In this document: positions 23,894-35,830 of the stretch, in pieces
Layout: each line of letters starts with the position of its first letter
Numbering within the stretch: the stretch's first letter is position 1
Assembly (NCBI RefSeq): GCF_039654945.1
Contig: NW_027361709.1
Coordinates: forward strand, 1,240,001-1,304,000
Length of the DNA: 64,000 nt
Source: Dendrobates tinctorius
Taxonomy: Eukaryota
Direction: 5' to 3'
Program-made: the position numbers and the translations under genes
The notes under the pieces: model-generated
Told to the model about the DNA's origin: nothing
The model's input: only the letters and a program-made list of their open reading frames with translations
Database searches by the model: none

Positions 23894-26800
23894 ATGCTGC
23901 GGGACGCTGAGCCGGGGTTAGGGCCTCCTCGGCTCCGGTCCGTTAACAGCCGGCAGCAGGCGCAGGTCCTGTTCTGTAACCGCAGCTCCCGCACCGTGCA
24001 GCCAATCTGGGTGAACTTCCAGGGGGACCCGGAGCCGTACCCAGTCCTGCTCCCCGGCACCGGCCGCAGGATTCACACCTACCTGGGTACGTCAGCAGGT
24101 GGCCCCAGAGCCGGCCCATTCCCTGACAGCAAGCAGAGGTGAAGTGTCATGGCGGATCAGTGACTCCGTCTCTTCTGCCGCACAGGTCACATCTGGCTGT
24201 TTCGTGAACTAAACACGGACGTGGCGCTGACCGTGGACAAGAAGGAGATCTACATCCCCCCCGCCGATGTGAACGGCCAGCCGTCGATGGTGAACATCTG
24301 CCTGCCAGGTGACCGCCGCGAGTGTCTTTGCAGAATCACGCTCACTGCTGCGACCTACCGCCGCTCTCCCTCCGCCCCCCCCCCCCCCCCCCGTGCCTCG
24401 TGCCTCCGCCGCTCTCCCCCCCCCCCCCGTGACCCGTGCCGCCGCCGCTCTCCCCCCCGTGACCCGTGCCGCCGCCGCTCTCCCCCCCGTGACCCGTGCC
24501 GCCGCCGCTCTCCCCCCCCCCGTGACCCGTGCCGCCGCTCTCCCCCCCCGTGACCCGTGCCGCCGCCGCTCTCCCCCCCCGTGACCCGTGCCGCCGCCGC
24601 TCTCCCCCCCCCCCCGTGACCCGTGCCGCCGCCGCTCTCCCCCCCCCCCCCCCGTGACCCGTGCCGCCGCCGCTCTCCCCCCCCCGTGACCCGTGCCGCC
24701 GCCGCTCTCCCCCCCCCATGACCCATGCCGCCGCCGCTCTCTTCCCCGACCCGTGCCGCCGCCGCTCTCTTCCCCGACCCGTGCCGCCGCCGCTCTCTTC
24801 CCCGACCCGTGCCGCCGCCGCTCTCTTCCCCGACCCGTGCCGCCGCCGCTCTCTTCCCCGACCCGTGCCGCCGCTCTCTTCCCCCCGTGACCCGTGCCGC
24901 CGCCGCCGCTCTCTTCCCCCCCGTGCCGCCGCCGCCGCTCTCTTCCCCCCCGTGCCGCCGCCGCCGCTCTCTTCCCCCCCGTGCCGCCGCCGCCGCTCTC
25001 TTCCCCCCCGTGCCGCCGCCGCCGCTCTCTTCCCCCCCGTGCCGCCGCCGCCGCTCTCTTCCCCCCCGTGCCGCCGCCGCCGCTCTCTTCCCCCCCGTGC
25101 CGCCGCCGCCGCTCTCTTCCCCCCCGTGCCGCCGCCGCCGCTCTCTTCCCCCCCGTGCCGCCGCCGCTCTCTTCCCCCCCGTGACCCGTGCCACCGCCGC
25201 TCTCTTCCCCGACCCGTGCCGCCGCCGCTCTCTTCCCCGACCCGTGCCGCCGCCGCTCTCTTTTCCCCCGTGACCCGTGCCGCCGCTCTCTTCCCCCCGT
25301 GACCCGTGCCGCCGCCGCTCTCTTCCCCCCGTGACCCGTGCCGCCGCCGCTCTCTTCCCCCCGTGACCCGTGCCGCCGCCGCTCTCTTCCCCCCGTGCCG
25401 CCGCCGCTCTCTTCCCCCCGTGACCCGTGCCGCCGCCGCTCTCTTCCCCCAGTGACCCGTGCCGCCGCCGCTCTCTTCCCCCAGTGACCCGTGCCGCCGC
25501 CGCCGCTCTCTTCCTCCCGTGCCGCCGCCGCCGCTCTCTTCCCCCCCGTGACCCGTGCCGCCGCCGCTCTCTTCCCCCCGTGACCCGTGCCGCCGCCGCT
25601 CTCTTCCCCCCCGTGACCCGTGCCGCCACCGCTCTCTTCCCCGACCTGTGCCGCCGCCGCTCTCTTCCCCGACCTGTGCCGCCGCCGCTCTCTTCCCCGA
25701 CCCGTGCCGCCGCCGCTCTCTTCCCCGACCCGTGCCGCCGCCGCTCTCTTCCCCGACCCGTGCCGCCGCCGCTCTCTTCCCCGACCCGTGCCGCCGCCGC
25801 TCTCTTCCCCGACCCGTGCCGCCGCCGCTCTCTTTCCCCCCGTGCCGCCGCCGCTCTCTTTTCCCCCGTGACCCGTGCCGCCGCCGCTCTCTTCCCCCCG
25901 TGACCCATGCCGCCGCCGCTCTCTTCCCCCCGTGACCCGTGCCGCCGCCGCTCTCTTTTCCCCCGTGACCCGTGCCGCCGCCGCTCTCTTTTCCCCCGTG
26001 ACCCGTGCCGCCGCCGCTCTCTTTTCCCCCGTGACCCGTGCCGCCGCCGCTCTCTTCCCCGACCCGTGCCGCCGCCGCTCTCTTCCCCGACCCGTGCCGC
26101 CGCCGCTCTCTTCCCCGACCCGTGCCGCCGCCGCTCTCTTCCCCGACCCGTGCCGCCGCCGCTCTCTTCCCCGACCCGTGCCGCCGCCGCTCTCTTCCCC
26201 GACCCGTGCCGCCGCCGCTCTCTTTCCCCCCGTGCCGCCGCCGCTCTCTTTTCCCCCGTGACCCGTGCCGCCGCCGCTCTCTTCCCCCCGTGACCCGTGC
26301 CGCCGCCGCTCTCTTCCCCCCGTGACCCGTGCCGCCGCCGCTCTCTTTTCCCCCGTGACCCGTGCCGCCGCCGCTCTCTTTTCCCCCGTGACCCGTGCCG
26401 CCGCCGCTCTCTTTTCCCCCGTGACCCGTGCTGCCGCCGCTCTCTTCCCCCCCGTGCCGCCGCCGCTCTCTTCCCCGACCCGTGCCGCCGCCGCTCTCTT
26501 CCCCGACCCGTGCCGCCGCCGCTCTCTTTCCCCCCGTGCCGCCGCCGCTCTCTTTTCCCCCGTGACCCGTGCCGCCGCCGCTCTCTTCCCCCCGTGACCC
26601 ATGCCGCCGCCGCTCTCTTCCCCCCGTGACCCGTGCCGCCGCCGCTCTCTTTTCCCCCGTGACCCGTGCCGCCGCCGCTCTCTTTTCCCCCGTGACCCGT
26701 GCCGCCGCCGCTCTCTTTTCCCCCGTGACCCGTGCCGCCGCCGCTCTCTTCCCCGACCCGTGCCGCCGCCGCTCTCTTCCCCGACCCGTGCCGCCGCCGC

Positions 26801-29800
26801 TCTCTTCCCCGACCCGTGCCGCCGCCGCTCTCTTCCCCGACCCGTGCCGCCGCCGCTCTCTTCCCCGACCCGTGCCGCCGCCGCTCTCTTCCCCGACCCG
26901 TGCCGCCGCCGCTCTCTTTCCCCCCGTGCCGCCGCCGCTCTCTTTTCCCCCGTGACCCGTGCCGCCGCCGCTCTCTTCCCCCCGTGACCCATGCCGCCGC
27001 CGCTCTCTTCCCCCCGTGACCCGTGCCGCCGCCGCTCTCTTTTCCCCCGTGACCCGTGCCGCCGCCGCTCTCTTTTCCCCCGTGACCCGTGCCGCCGCCG
27101 CTCTCTTTTCCCCCGTGACCCGTGCCGCCGCCGCTCTCTTCCCCCCCGTGCCGCCGCCGCTCTCTTCCCCGACCCGTGCCGCCGCCGCTCTCTTCCCCGA
27201 CCCGTGCCGCCGCCGCTCTCTTCCCCGACCCGTGCCGCCGCCGCTCTCTTTTCCCCCGTGACCCGTGCCGCCGCCGCTCTCTTTTCCCCCGTGACCCGTG
27301 CCGCCGCCGCTCTCTTTTCCCCCGTGACCCGTGCCGCCGCCGCTCTCTTTTCCCCCGTGACCCGTGCCGCCGCCGCTCTCTTTTCCCCCGTGACCCGTGC
27401 CGCCGCCGCTCTCTTTTCCCCCGTGACCCGTGCCGCCGCCGCTCTCTTTTCCCCCGTGACCCGTGCCGCCGCCGCTCTCTTTTCCCCCGTGACCCGTGCC
27501 GCCGCCGCTCTCTTTTCCCCCGTGACCCGTGCCGCCGCCGCTCTCTTTTCCCCCGTGACCCGTGCCGCCGCCGCTCTCTTTTCCCCCGTGACCCGTGCCG
27601 CCGCCGCTCTCTTTTCCCCCGTGACCCGTGCCGCCGCCGCTCTCTTTTCCCCCGTGACCCGTGCCGCCGCCGCTCTCTTTTCCCCCGTGACCCGTGCCGC
27701 CGCCGCTCTCTTTTCCCCCGTGACCCGTGCCGCCGCCGCTCTCTTTTCCCCCGTGACCCGTGCCGCCGCCGCTCTCTTCCCCCCCCCCCGTGCCGCCGCC
27801 GCTCTCTTCCCCCCCCCCCGTGCCGCCGCCGCTCTCTTCCCCCCCCCCCGTGCCGCCGCCGCTCTCTTCCCCCCCCCCGTGCCGCCGCCGCTCTCTTCCC
27901 CCCCCGTGCCGCCGCCGCTCTCTTCCCCCCCCGTGCCGCCGCCGCTCTCTTCCCCCCCCGTGCCGCCGCCGCTCTCTTCCCCCCCCGTGCCGCCGCCGCT
28001 CTCTTCCCCCCCCGTGCCGCCGCCGCTCTCTTCCCCCCCGTGCCGCCGCCGCTCTCTTCCCCGTGACCCGTGCCGCCGCCGCTCTCTTCCCCGTGACCCG
28101 TGCCGCCGCCGCTCTCTCCCCCGTGACCCGCGCTGTCAACGCTCTCTCCCGCCGCCCTTTTCTCCTCCGTCACCCACCGCCCTTTTCTCCTCCGTCACCC
28201 GCCACTCTCTCCCCTGTGACTTGTTGACATTGTGTCTGTGGCCGCTGGCAGGTCTGCTGCGCCTCTTATTCTGATTTGATAGGACCGGTGCACACCATCT
28301 GTCAATACCCAGAACGTGGCCGACCACGTGACCTCAGCAGCGCAACTCACCTTCTAGTGTAAAGATTAGGATAACTAGTTTCAAAGGGTTTTTCCACTTA
28401 GAACAGTGGTTCCCGAATGTTTCCTCAGCACAGAGCATCTGCTGATATAGACATCATGAGCTGCAGAGTTCATGACATCACTGCTGCAGCCAAAACACAG
28501 AGACTAAAGCAGCAGCAGGGAGGAGGTGCTGGACCCCATGAGGATGATTTTTCTAAGGGTTTGTGCACAGAGTGTATGTAATCTGAGAGGAGTATGATGT
28601 AGAGGCAGAGACCCTGATTCTGTCTATTATTATTAGTTATTTCTATAGCACCATTGGTTCCATAGTGCTGTACATGAGAAGGGGTTACATACAAATTACA
28701 GATATCACTTACTGTAAACAAACTAACAATGACAGACTGATACAGAGGGGAGAGAGGACCCTTCCCTTTCGGGCTTACATGCTACAGGATGGTGGGGAAG
28801 GAGACAGTAGGTTGGTGGGTTGCAGCAGTTTCGGTGTTGGTTGAGGTGAGATCACCGGTAGTGGTGAGAGAGAAGGAGGTAGCGGGGATCATTGCAGGCT
28901 GTAGGCTTTCCTGAAGAGATGAGTTTTCAGGTTCCGTCTGAAGGATCCAAATGTGGTTGATAGTCGGACTTGTAGGGGCAAAGAATTCCAGAGAATAGGG
29001 GCTATTTGGGAGAAGTCTTGGAGGCGGTTGGGTGAGGAGCGTATAAGTGTGGAGGAGAGAAGGAGGTCTTGGGAGGACCGGAGATTACGTGAGGGAAGGT
29101 ATCGGGAGATTAGTTCAGTGACATATGGGGGAGACAGGTTGTAGATGGCCTTGTAGGTCAGTATTAGTAATTTGAACTGGATACGCTGAGGGAATGGGAG
29201 CCAGTGAGGAGATTTGAGGAGGAGTAGCGAGGAGAGAGATGAATTAGTCGGGCGGCAGAGTTAAGGATGCACTGGAGAGGTGCGAGGGTGTTAGCAGGGA
29301 GACCACAGAAAAGGATGTTGAAGTAGTCGAGGCGGGAGATGATGAGGGCATGCACAAGCATTTTAGTAGACTGAGGGTTGAGGAAAGGACGGAATCTGGA
29401 AATATTTTTGAGCTGGAGGCGACAGGAGGTAGAAAGAGCTTGGATGTGCGGTTTGAAGGACAGGGCAGAGTCAAAGGTTACTCCGAGGCAGTGGACTTCT
29501 GGTACTGGGGAAAGTGTGATGTCATTAATTGTTATAGCTAGGTCGGGTAAGGAAGATCTGTGAGATGGAGGAAAGATGATGAGTTCAGATTTGTCCACAT
29601 TGAGCTGGAGGAAGCGAGAGGAGAAGAAGGAGGATATGGCTGATAGACACTCTGGGATTCTGGACAGCAGAGAGGTGACGTCTGGGCCAGAGAGGTACTG
29701 TAGATCTGAGTGTCATCAGCATAAAGGTGGTACTGGAATCCGTGGGACTTTGAGTTTCCCCAGACCAAGTGTATAGGTTGAGAAGAGTAGGGGTCCTAAA

Positions 29801-32240
29801 ACAGAGCCTTGGGGGACTCCAACAGAGAGAGGGTGGGATGAGGAGGTAGTGTGGGAGTGGGAGACGCTGATTGTGCAGTTGGAAAGGTATGAGGAGATCC
29901 AGGATAGGGCAAGGCCTTTGATGCCAAAGGAGGAGAGGATCTGTAGTAGGAGGCAGTGGTCAACCGTGTCGAATGCAGTGGACAGGTCTAGAAGCAGGAG
30001 TATAGAGTATTGTCCATTTGATTTGGCTGTAAGTAGGTCGTTGGTAATTTTGGTCAGGGCTGTCTCAGTGGAGTGATGGGGGCGGAAACCAGATTGTAGA
30101 TTGTCAAAGACCAAGTTAGATGATAGGTGGGAGGAAAGCTCAGCGTGAACGTGCCGCTCCAGGAGTTTGTAAGCAAATGGAAGCAATGATATTGGGCGAT
30201 AGCTGGACATAGTGGTTGGGTCGAAGGTTGGCTTTTTAAGGATAGGCGTGATTGTGGCATGCTTGAAAGCAGAAGGGAAGGTACCGGACGTTAGTGACAG
30301 GTTGAAGAGGTGGGATAGGGATGGGATAAGTGTGGTGGTGAGGTTGGAGAGGAGGTGGGATGGGGTCGAGTGCACAGGTTGTGAGGTGCGATTTGGAGAA
30401 GAGACGATTAAGCTCCCCTTCAGTGATGTTGGACAGTGAGGTTATGGGGTTTGGGCATTGGTCTGGTATACAAAGGGGTTGTGGTGGTTGAGTGATGAAG
30501 ACTTGCCTTGTTTGGTCAATCTTATTTTTGCAGTGTGTGGCAAAGTCCTCGGCAGAGATGAGGGAGGTTGGAGGAGGCAGTGGTGGGCGGAGGAGGGAGT
30601 TAAAAGTTTTGAATAACTGTTTTGGGTTGTAAGATAGGGAAGATACGAGGGTTGTGAAGTAGGCCTGTTTAGCAGAGGTGAGGGCAGATTTGAAAGCGAG
30701 TGTTGCCTGTTTGAATGTGGTGAAGTCATCTTGCGAATTTGTTTTCTTCCAACGCCGCTCTGCAATCCTGGACACTTGCCGGAGCTTTTTAGTGGGGTTG
30801 TTGTCCCAGGGTTGTCTGTTGATAAGTCGCATTCTGCCATGAACGAGAAGGGCAACCGTGTCAATAGCTGATGCGAGAGTGGCATTGTAGAAAGCAGTGG
30901 CACCGTCTGTGTCATGGAGTGAGGATATGGATGCCAGTGGTAGAATAGAGTCAGAGAGCGCGTGGGTGTCTGGGTGTGCTTGTTGCTGGACCTGAGTGCC
31001 AGGTGGGGAGGACAGGGATGAGAAAGTGAGTAGATGGTGGTCAGATAGAAGGAGAGGGGAGGTGGTGAAGTTAGAAAGAGAGCAGAGACGGGTGAAGACC
31101 AGGTCTAATGTGTGGGTGGCTGAGGAGGAGCACTGAGTAAGTCCAAAGGATGAAGTAAGGGACAGGAGTTTGGAGGCTGCTGACTGAAGGGTATCAGTGG
31201 GGATGTTGAAGTCACCTATTATGATAGTGGGGATGTCAGTTGAAAGAAAGTGAAGAAGCCAGGTAGAGAATTGGTCAATGAAGGCAGTGGTCGGGCCTGG
31301 AGCTCGTTATATGATGGCCACTTGGAGGTTGGAGGGAGAGTAGATGCGGACAGAGTGGACTTCAAAAGAGGGGAGGATTAGGGAGGGAAGAGGTGGGATT
31401 GGGTTGAAGGTGCAGTTGGAAGAAAGGAGAAGACCCACTCCTCCACCGTGTCTGTTGCCAGGGTGAGGAGTGTGGGTAAAGTGGAGGCCGCCGTATCACA
31501 GCGCAGCAGGGGAGTCAATGTCACTTATTAGGCTGTGGGTTGCTGTGTCAGTACATTCAGTGTCTCATCAGCAGGAGATTCTCACTATAGGACAAGATCT
31601 CTCTTTCCCCCTAGTCACTGCTCTGTGTAACCCTGCCCCCCCCCCCCCCAAGAATTGGCAGGTTTCTGCCTATGCACAGTACACAGTTTCTTTTATTATT
31701 TCTATTTGTGGACTGCAGACTTCTTCCAGCCGATCAGAAAACCAAAGTGTCTTTTATTATGCCGCCCTTATCCCGGTCGTTGCAGTTGGATGTCCGCTGT
31801 GTATGGCAGCCGGCACTTGGTACGTCCATTGATGAGAAGGGCTTCTCCAGGCTTATGATATTGATGACCTCTCCTTAGAATAGCTCCTTAGACTGGTGCG
31901 GGCTGCGGACCCTCACCAATCAGTATCAGAAGCCTTGACAACCCCTTTAAGGAGAAGTAGAAAATAACTAAAACAAGGTGACACTTCTAACGTATCATCA
32001 TCACATTATGGGGGTTCAGAACCCCCCATAAGGACCGGCTTGTGTTTCTCTCTTACAGTCTTCACATTGAAGGATCGCTGCCTTCAGGTGATCAGGAATC
32101 TGGTGAAGCCGGAAGATTACAGAAAGCTGGAAATCGTGACCTCCCTGTACGACGATCTGGAGAATCGACCCAACATCCAGAAGGATCTTCAGCGCCTGGC
32201 CATCCGCTTGTGGAATCAGATGCACACAGAAGACTCGTAA
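23894..32240 (+). CDS. VHL: von Hippel-Lindau tumour suppressor (E3 ligase substrate receptor), 165 aa
   Basis: Exons 23894-24086, 24186-24308 (123 nt), 32059-32240 (TAA). Motifs [42 protein letters not shown]-box [33 protein letters not shown]...KDLQRL. AATAAA 33415. Confidence 0.96.
24357..28140 (+). repeat. GC/CpG-rich minisatellite (26-33-bp units, CCCGTGACCCGTGCCGCCGCCGCTCTCTTTTCC) in VHL intron 2
   Basis: Direct reading; variable C-tracts; extremely C-rich + strand; produces spurious long ORFs. Confidence 0.97.
28624..31515 (-). mobile_element. L2/CR1-clade LINE, 5'-truncated and decayed, VHL intron 2
   Basis: Minus-strand endonuclease remnants (GDFNIP region ~31200), RT motifs [54 protein letters not shown]; frameshifts/deletions; (AAT)n tail ~28625. 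Confidence 0.9.
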
Positions 32241-34204
32241 TCCGGTTTATGCAAACGGACGAGGGGGTCGAGGGGACGATTATTGTAGATTCTTCCATCT
32301 CCACTTCTCTGGCGTAGAGTAAGACTGATTCCTCGGCGGCGGATGTTCAGGCTGCACCCGCCGTACGGATGGACACGTGTCGCCTGTAACATAAAGCAGT
32401 AAAATACCTCCCAACGAGTTCAGAAAAAGAGACTGACGTTTGTAAAACTTGTATATAGTTGATGACCAATTGCACTGTCCCAATATTGTTATCGCAGTCC
32501 ACAATGAAAATCCTCTGCAGCGGCAAACTGCAAGTTCTCAGAGGACTGGAGCCCTGTGTGTTTTCCCGGTGCTGTTATTCCCTGTTATCAGCCATGTCAG
32601 ACTGCAGGTTATCGGACTCTAGCACTGATAAATAGGATTTATTCCTCTCTTATCAACCGTTGCGTTCTGTTCTTCAGCATGATGAGTGACAGGAGAAGTG
32701 TAGATTAGCACGATTACTTCTTGTCACGTATCTCCGGTGCTCCGCCGACCATCGCATCAGGGTGTTGGGGGAGGGAAGGATTGGGCATGTTGTATTCTGA
32801 GCCCCATCCTTTTAGCTTGTGATGATAAGCAGCTGCCAGAGGAGTCTGTAGGAGACAGGGATATATGGCAGCTGCTTACTTCCCTCTCCCTATTGAAAAC
32901 ACAAGAATGCTCCGTCGAGCTGAGCATGCACGAATATGGGGGGTGGTCTGGAGATATAGCTATTGGGCGATGGCTGTTATTAAAGTATTAACTCTACGTA
33001 TGTGCACCGGATTATTGGAAGAGCCGTAGTACAAGCAGCGCTCTGACACTGGTCCGTATGCACTGAGGCATTAGAAAAACTGTGCATCAAGAATTTTTGG
33101 GAAAAAAAAAATCAAATGGCTGCATTACAAGAAACTGAGATCATTTAGCGTTTTGCACAGATTCCCGCGAGGTCCTTCTGCAATAGAGGTGAACGTTCCA
33201 GTCCCAGGGGCCGCGCGCCATTTACCAGTCCTCTGCATCTTGGTGCAGCAATACCGCAGCGTCACGTTATCTCACATCTGTAAATCTCTGTAACCCGGGA
33301 CTTTTTCACTGCCAGTCGCATGTATCGTGTGCCACTTGTACAAATCTTATACACGGAGATGTAGATTTTTATCCAGTCTGTGAGCCACAGCGTTATTTTA
33401 TCTATATTGTTTTCAATAAAATGGATTCTGTCATCCCTTATAAAGTGACCGAGTCTGAATAGGGCAGAAAATGGTTATAACTGTGTCCTAATTAAAGGGA
33501 AGGTTTCCTTTAAGGCTAAGGTCACCCAGGTCAAATGTGAAGCAAATTCTCCAGATATAAAATCAGCATTGGAGATGATATTTCAGCAAAACCCGTCCGT
33601 GTCCCGGAGAAAACCTGCAGATGTAACAATGAAACTGGTGAATTCTGGACATTTCCAGCAAAATCTGCCCGGCTTGTGCTACTACGGATTCTGCAGAGAA
33701 CATGTCCCCAACGAGTGCGGATTATTGCAACGATGTCTGCAGCTGATAATTCACCCCAGTCCGTGCACAGACCCATTGACGAAGATGGGAAGAACCCTTT
33801 ACGCTCATCTAACAGTTTATTTAAGATGGAAAATCTTTTTTTAAGGCCAAAGAAAAATTTCCCTGCCCCCATATCCATTCAGCACTTTGTTTCTAGGGTA
33901 GAAGTCATGGCTGTCATTACAGGTCGTACCGGAGTGCTCACCCAGCTTTCTATGAGTCCTGAGGAGCAGCACAGAGGATGTCAGCACCCAGCTTAACCAT
34001 ATTCCGGAAGGAGACATGTAGCAGATTTGCTGTTCAGGATCCTGGGAAAGCCGGGTTATTGCTGTGCCTCAATTCTTTAGTGTGTTGAACATCTCTGCTT
34101 GCTGAGATTGGGGATATTCTCCATCGCCTCCCCCCCCCAAAGGCTTAAAACACCGCCAACACATGTCACAGCTGAGTGTTTGCCACACTTGTAGCCTGTC
34201 TTAA

Positions 34205-34588
34205 AGGGGTTGTCTGTTAAAAAGTTGCTTGTTCTAAAATATGAAACTAAGTCTTAATCACCTGCTGTCGCCCTCCTGGCCGGAGCTTTGGCCGCTCTAT
34301 GATCTGCTCTGGCCCTGGAAGCGATGGCGTCCCCATACGGACAGCCAGGTGACCGCTGCCGTTTGTGATGGGCTGCAGCGATCCGGTGACTTGAGCTGGA
34401 CGTTTTTCTGATGACGTGGAGTTCAAGTCGCCTGACCGCTGCAGCCAATCACTAGAACGATGTGTCATCGCCTCGTAGACTACAGAGCAGGCTGCGTTGG
34501 ATCCAGGAGCGGTGACAGCGGCCGAGGATGACTTATTTTGGTATTTTTACTAATTCTACCCGCCGGGTAACAAGCAGCTTTTCCCCCT
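34205..34588. mobile_element. T2-type MITE
   Basis: TTAA|AGGGGTTGTC...TTCCCCCT|TTAA, degenerate arms. Confidence 0.55.
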
Positions 34589-34999
34589 TTAATTGTTCAT
34601 CATGTAAACTGAACGATACATTGTAGCAAACAATCAGAAGGCAGAGTTGTGCTGTGAGGTGTTTTGCTCACAGAGGATTGCCCGGCCGGATACAAATGTA
34701 ACAATTTGTAATGTTTTTAGTTTTTTTGTTTTTTTTTGATCTACTGGATTTAAACAAGAATGTTCACAGCAAGCGGAGATGTGGGAAATAATCAGGAATT
34801 GAAGCCCAGCCTAATTGAACTTTTTGTCCCATAGTGATTGGTTATTTACATGGGACTGCATCTCCAGGAGTATTGCGCACCTGTGCAGTCACAGATCGCC
34901 CCCTCGTGCCCGCACCGGAGGTTTTGCTGCACTTCCTGCTCTTCTGGTTGTATAGCATTTTCGGGCCTCTTCCCTCTCCTTCCCCCACACAACTCGCTA

Positions 35000-35730
35000 C
35001 GAGGAAGTTCTGGGCGTCTGACGATTTTCTGTTTTGCAGTAGATGACGTCTGCGCCAACAGGTGACTAACAGGAAGGAACGAGGGGATCCCTGCGTGATT
35101 TGGGGTTGTCCCCCATAGTGACGCCCCCCCCGGTACATAAAGCAGAACTCCGGCTCCCGGGGCCAGACACGGCCATTGCTCACTGGGATTTGCCCTGACT
35201 GATTCTGCAAGCGGCCGGATATTAGGAAACCCTGCAGCTTTTGATTCCTGAACCTCTGAGGCACGTCCGGGAGCGGCAGCACCAAGTAAGTAACGAGACG
35301 CCGTGTGTAAAATCTGTAACGGGTGATTCTCATCCCTGGGGATCTGTGAGGACGCTCCATGGGCGACGTTCACACTCACGTTTGTTCTTCTATTCTTTCT
35401 ATTACTTTTTATGGGATTTTGTGTTCATACCAGGAGTTCTTCTTTTTTTTTTTTTTCTTTCTTCTTTTTCCCTAAAGCTGAGAGTTTGTTCTCTCAGTCT
35501 GGACTGGGATTGTAAGATCCCGGGGGATTTTGACAGATACAATTGTAGCAAAACCTCAGCTGTGAGAAGTCTTAGGTCTGTTTTAGCCTTTCACAGTAAA
35601 CAGAAATGTTCCCAATCACTGACGGAAAAAAACTAAAAAAAAAAAAAAATCCGTCCACAAAGTGTATTGGAACGTTAGGAAACTTTCCATCATGAAAGGA
35701 TTAAACTTTATTACAAAAATGGAAATTCCC
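35000..35730 (+). promoter_or_regulatory. IRAK2: IRAK2 promoter, non-coding exon 1 and intron-1 kappaB-like sites
   Basis: CpG-rich; ATGACGTC ~35043; donor AA|GTAAGT 35285/35286; GGAAATTCCC (35721-35730, reverse = GGGAATTTCC), near-matches at 35185 and 35678; acceptor at 35807. Confidence 0.5.
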
Positions 35731-35830
35731 TTTAATACATTGATGCCCGGTGTCCGTCTTGTCAGTCTCGGCGTCGTGCGTAAGTCATGACACTATTATT
35801 TCTGCAGGTAACACGGGAGAAAAGACAAAT

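Noticed and set aside
24357-28140. Array of hypoxia response elements in VHL
   Set aside because: Repeat contains CCGTG, not the RCGTG HRE core.
24209-28274. Giant 927-1272-aa Arg/Gly/Ala-rich ORFs
   Set aside because: Open in all three minus frames simply because the minisatellite lacks stop codons; lies in VHL intron 2.
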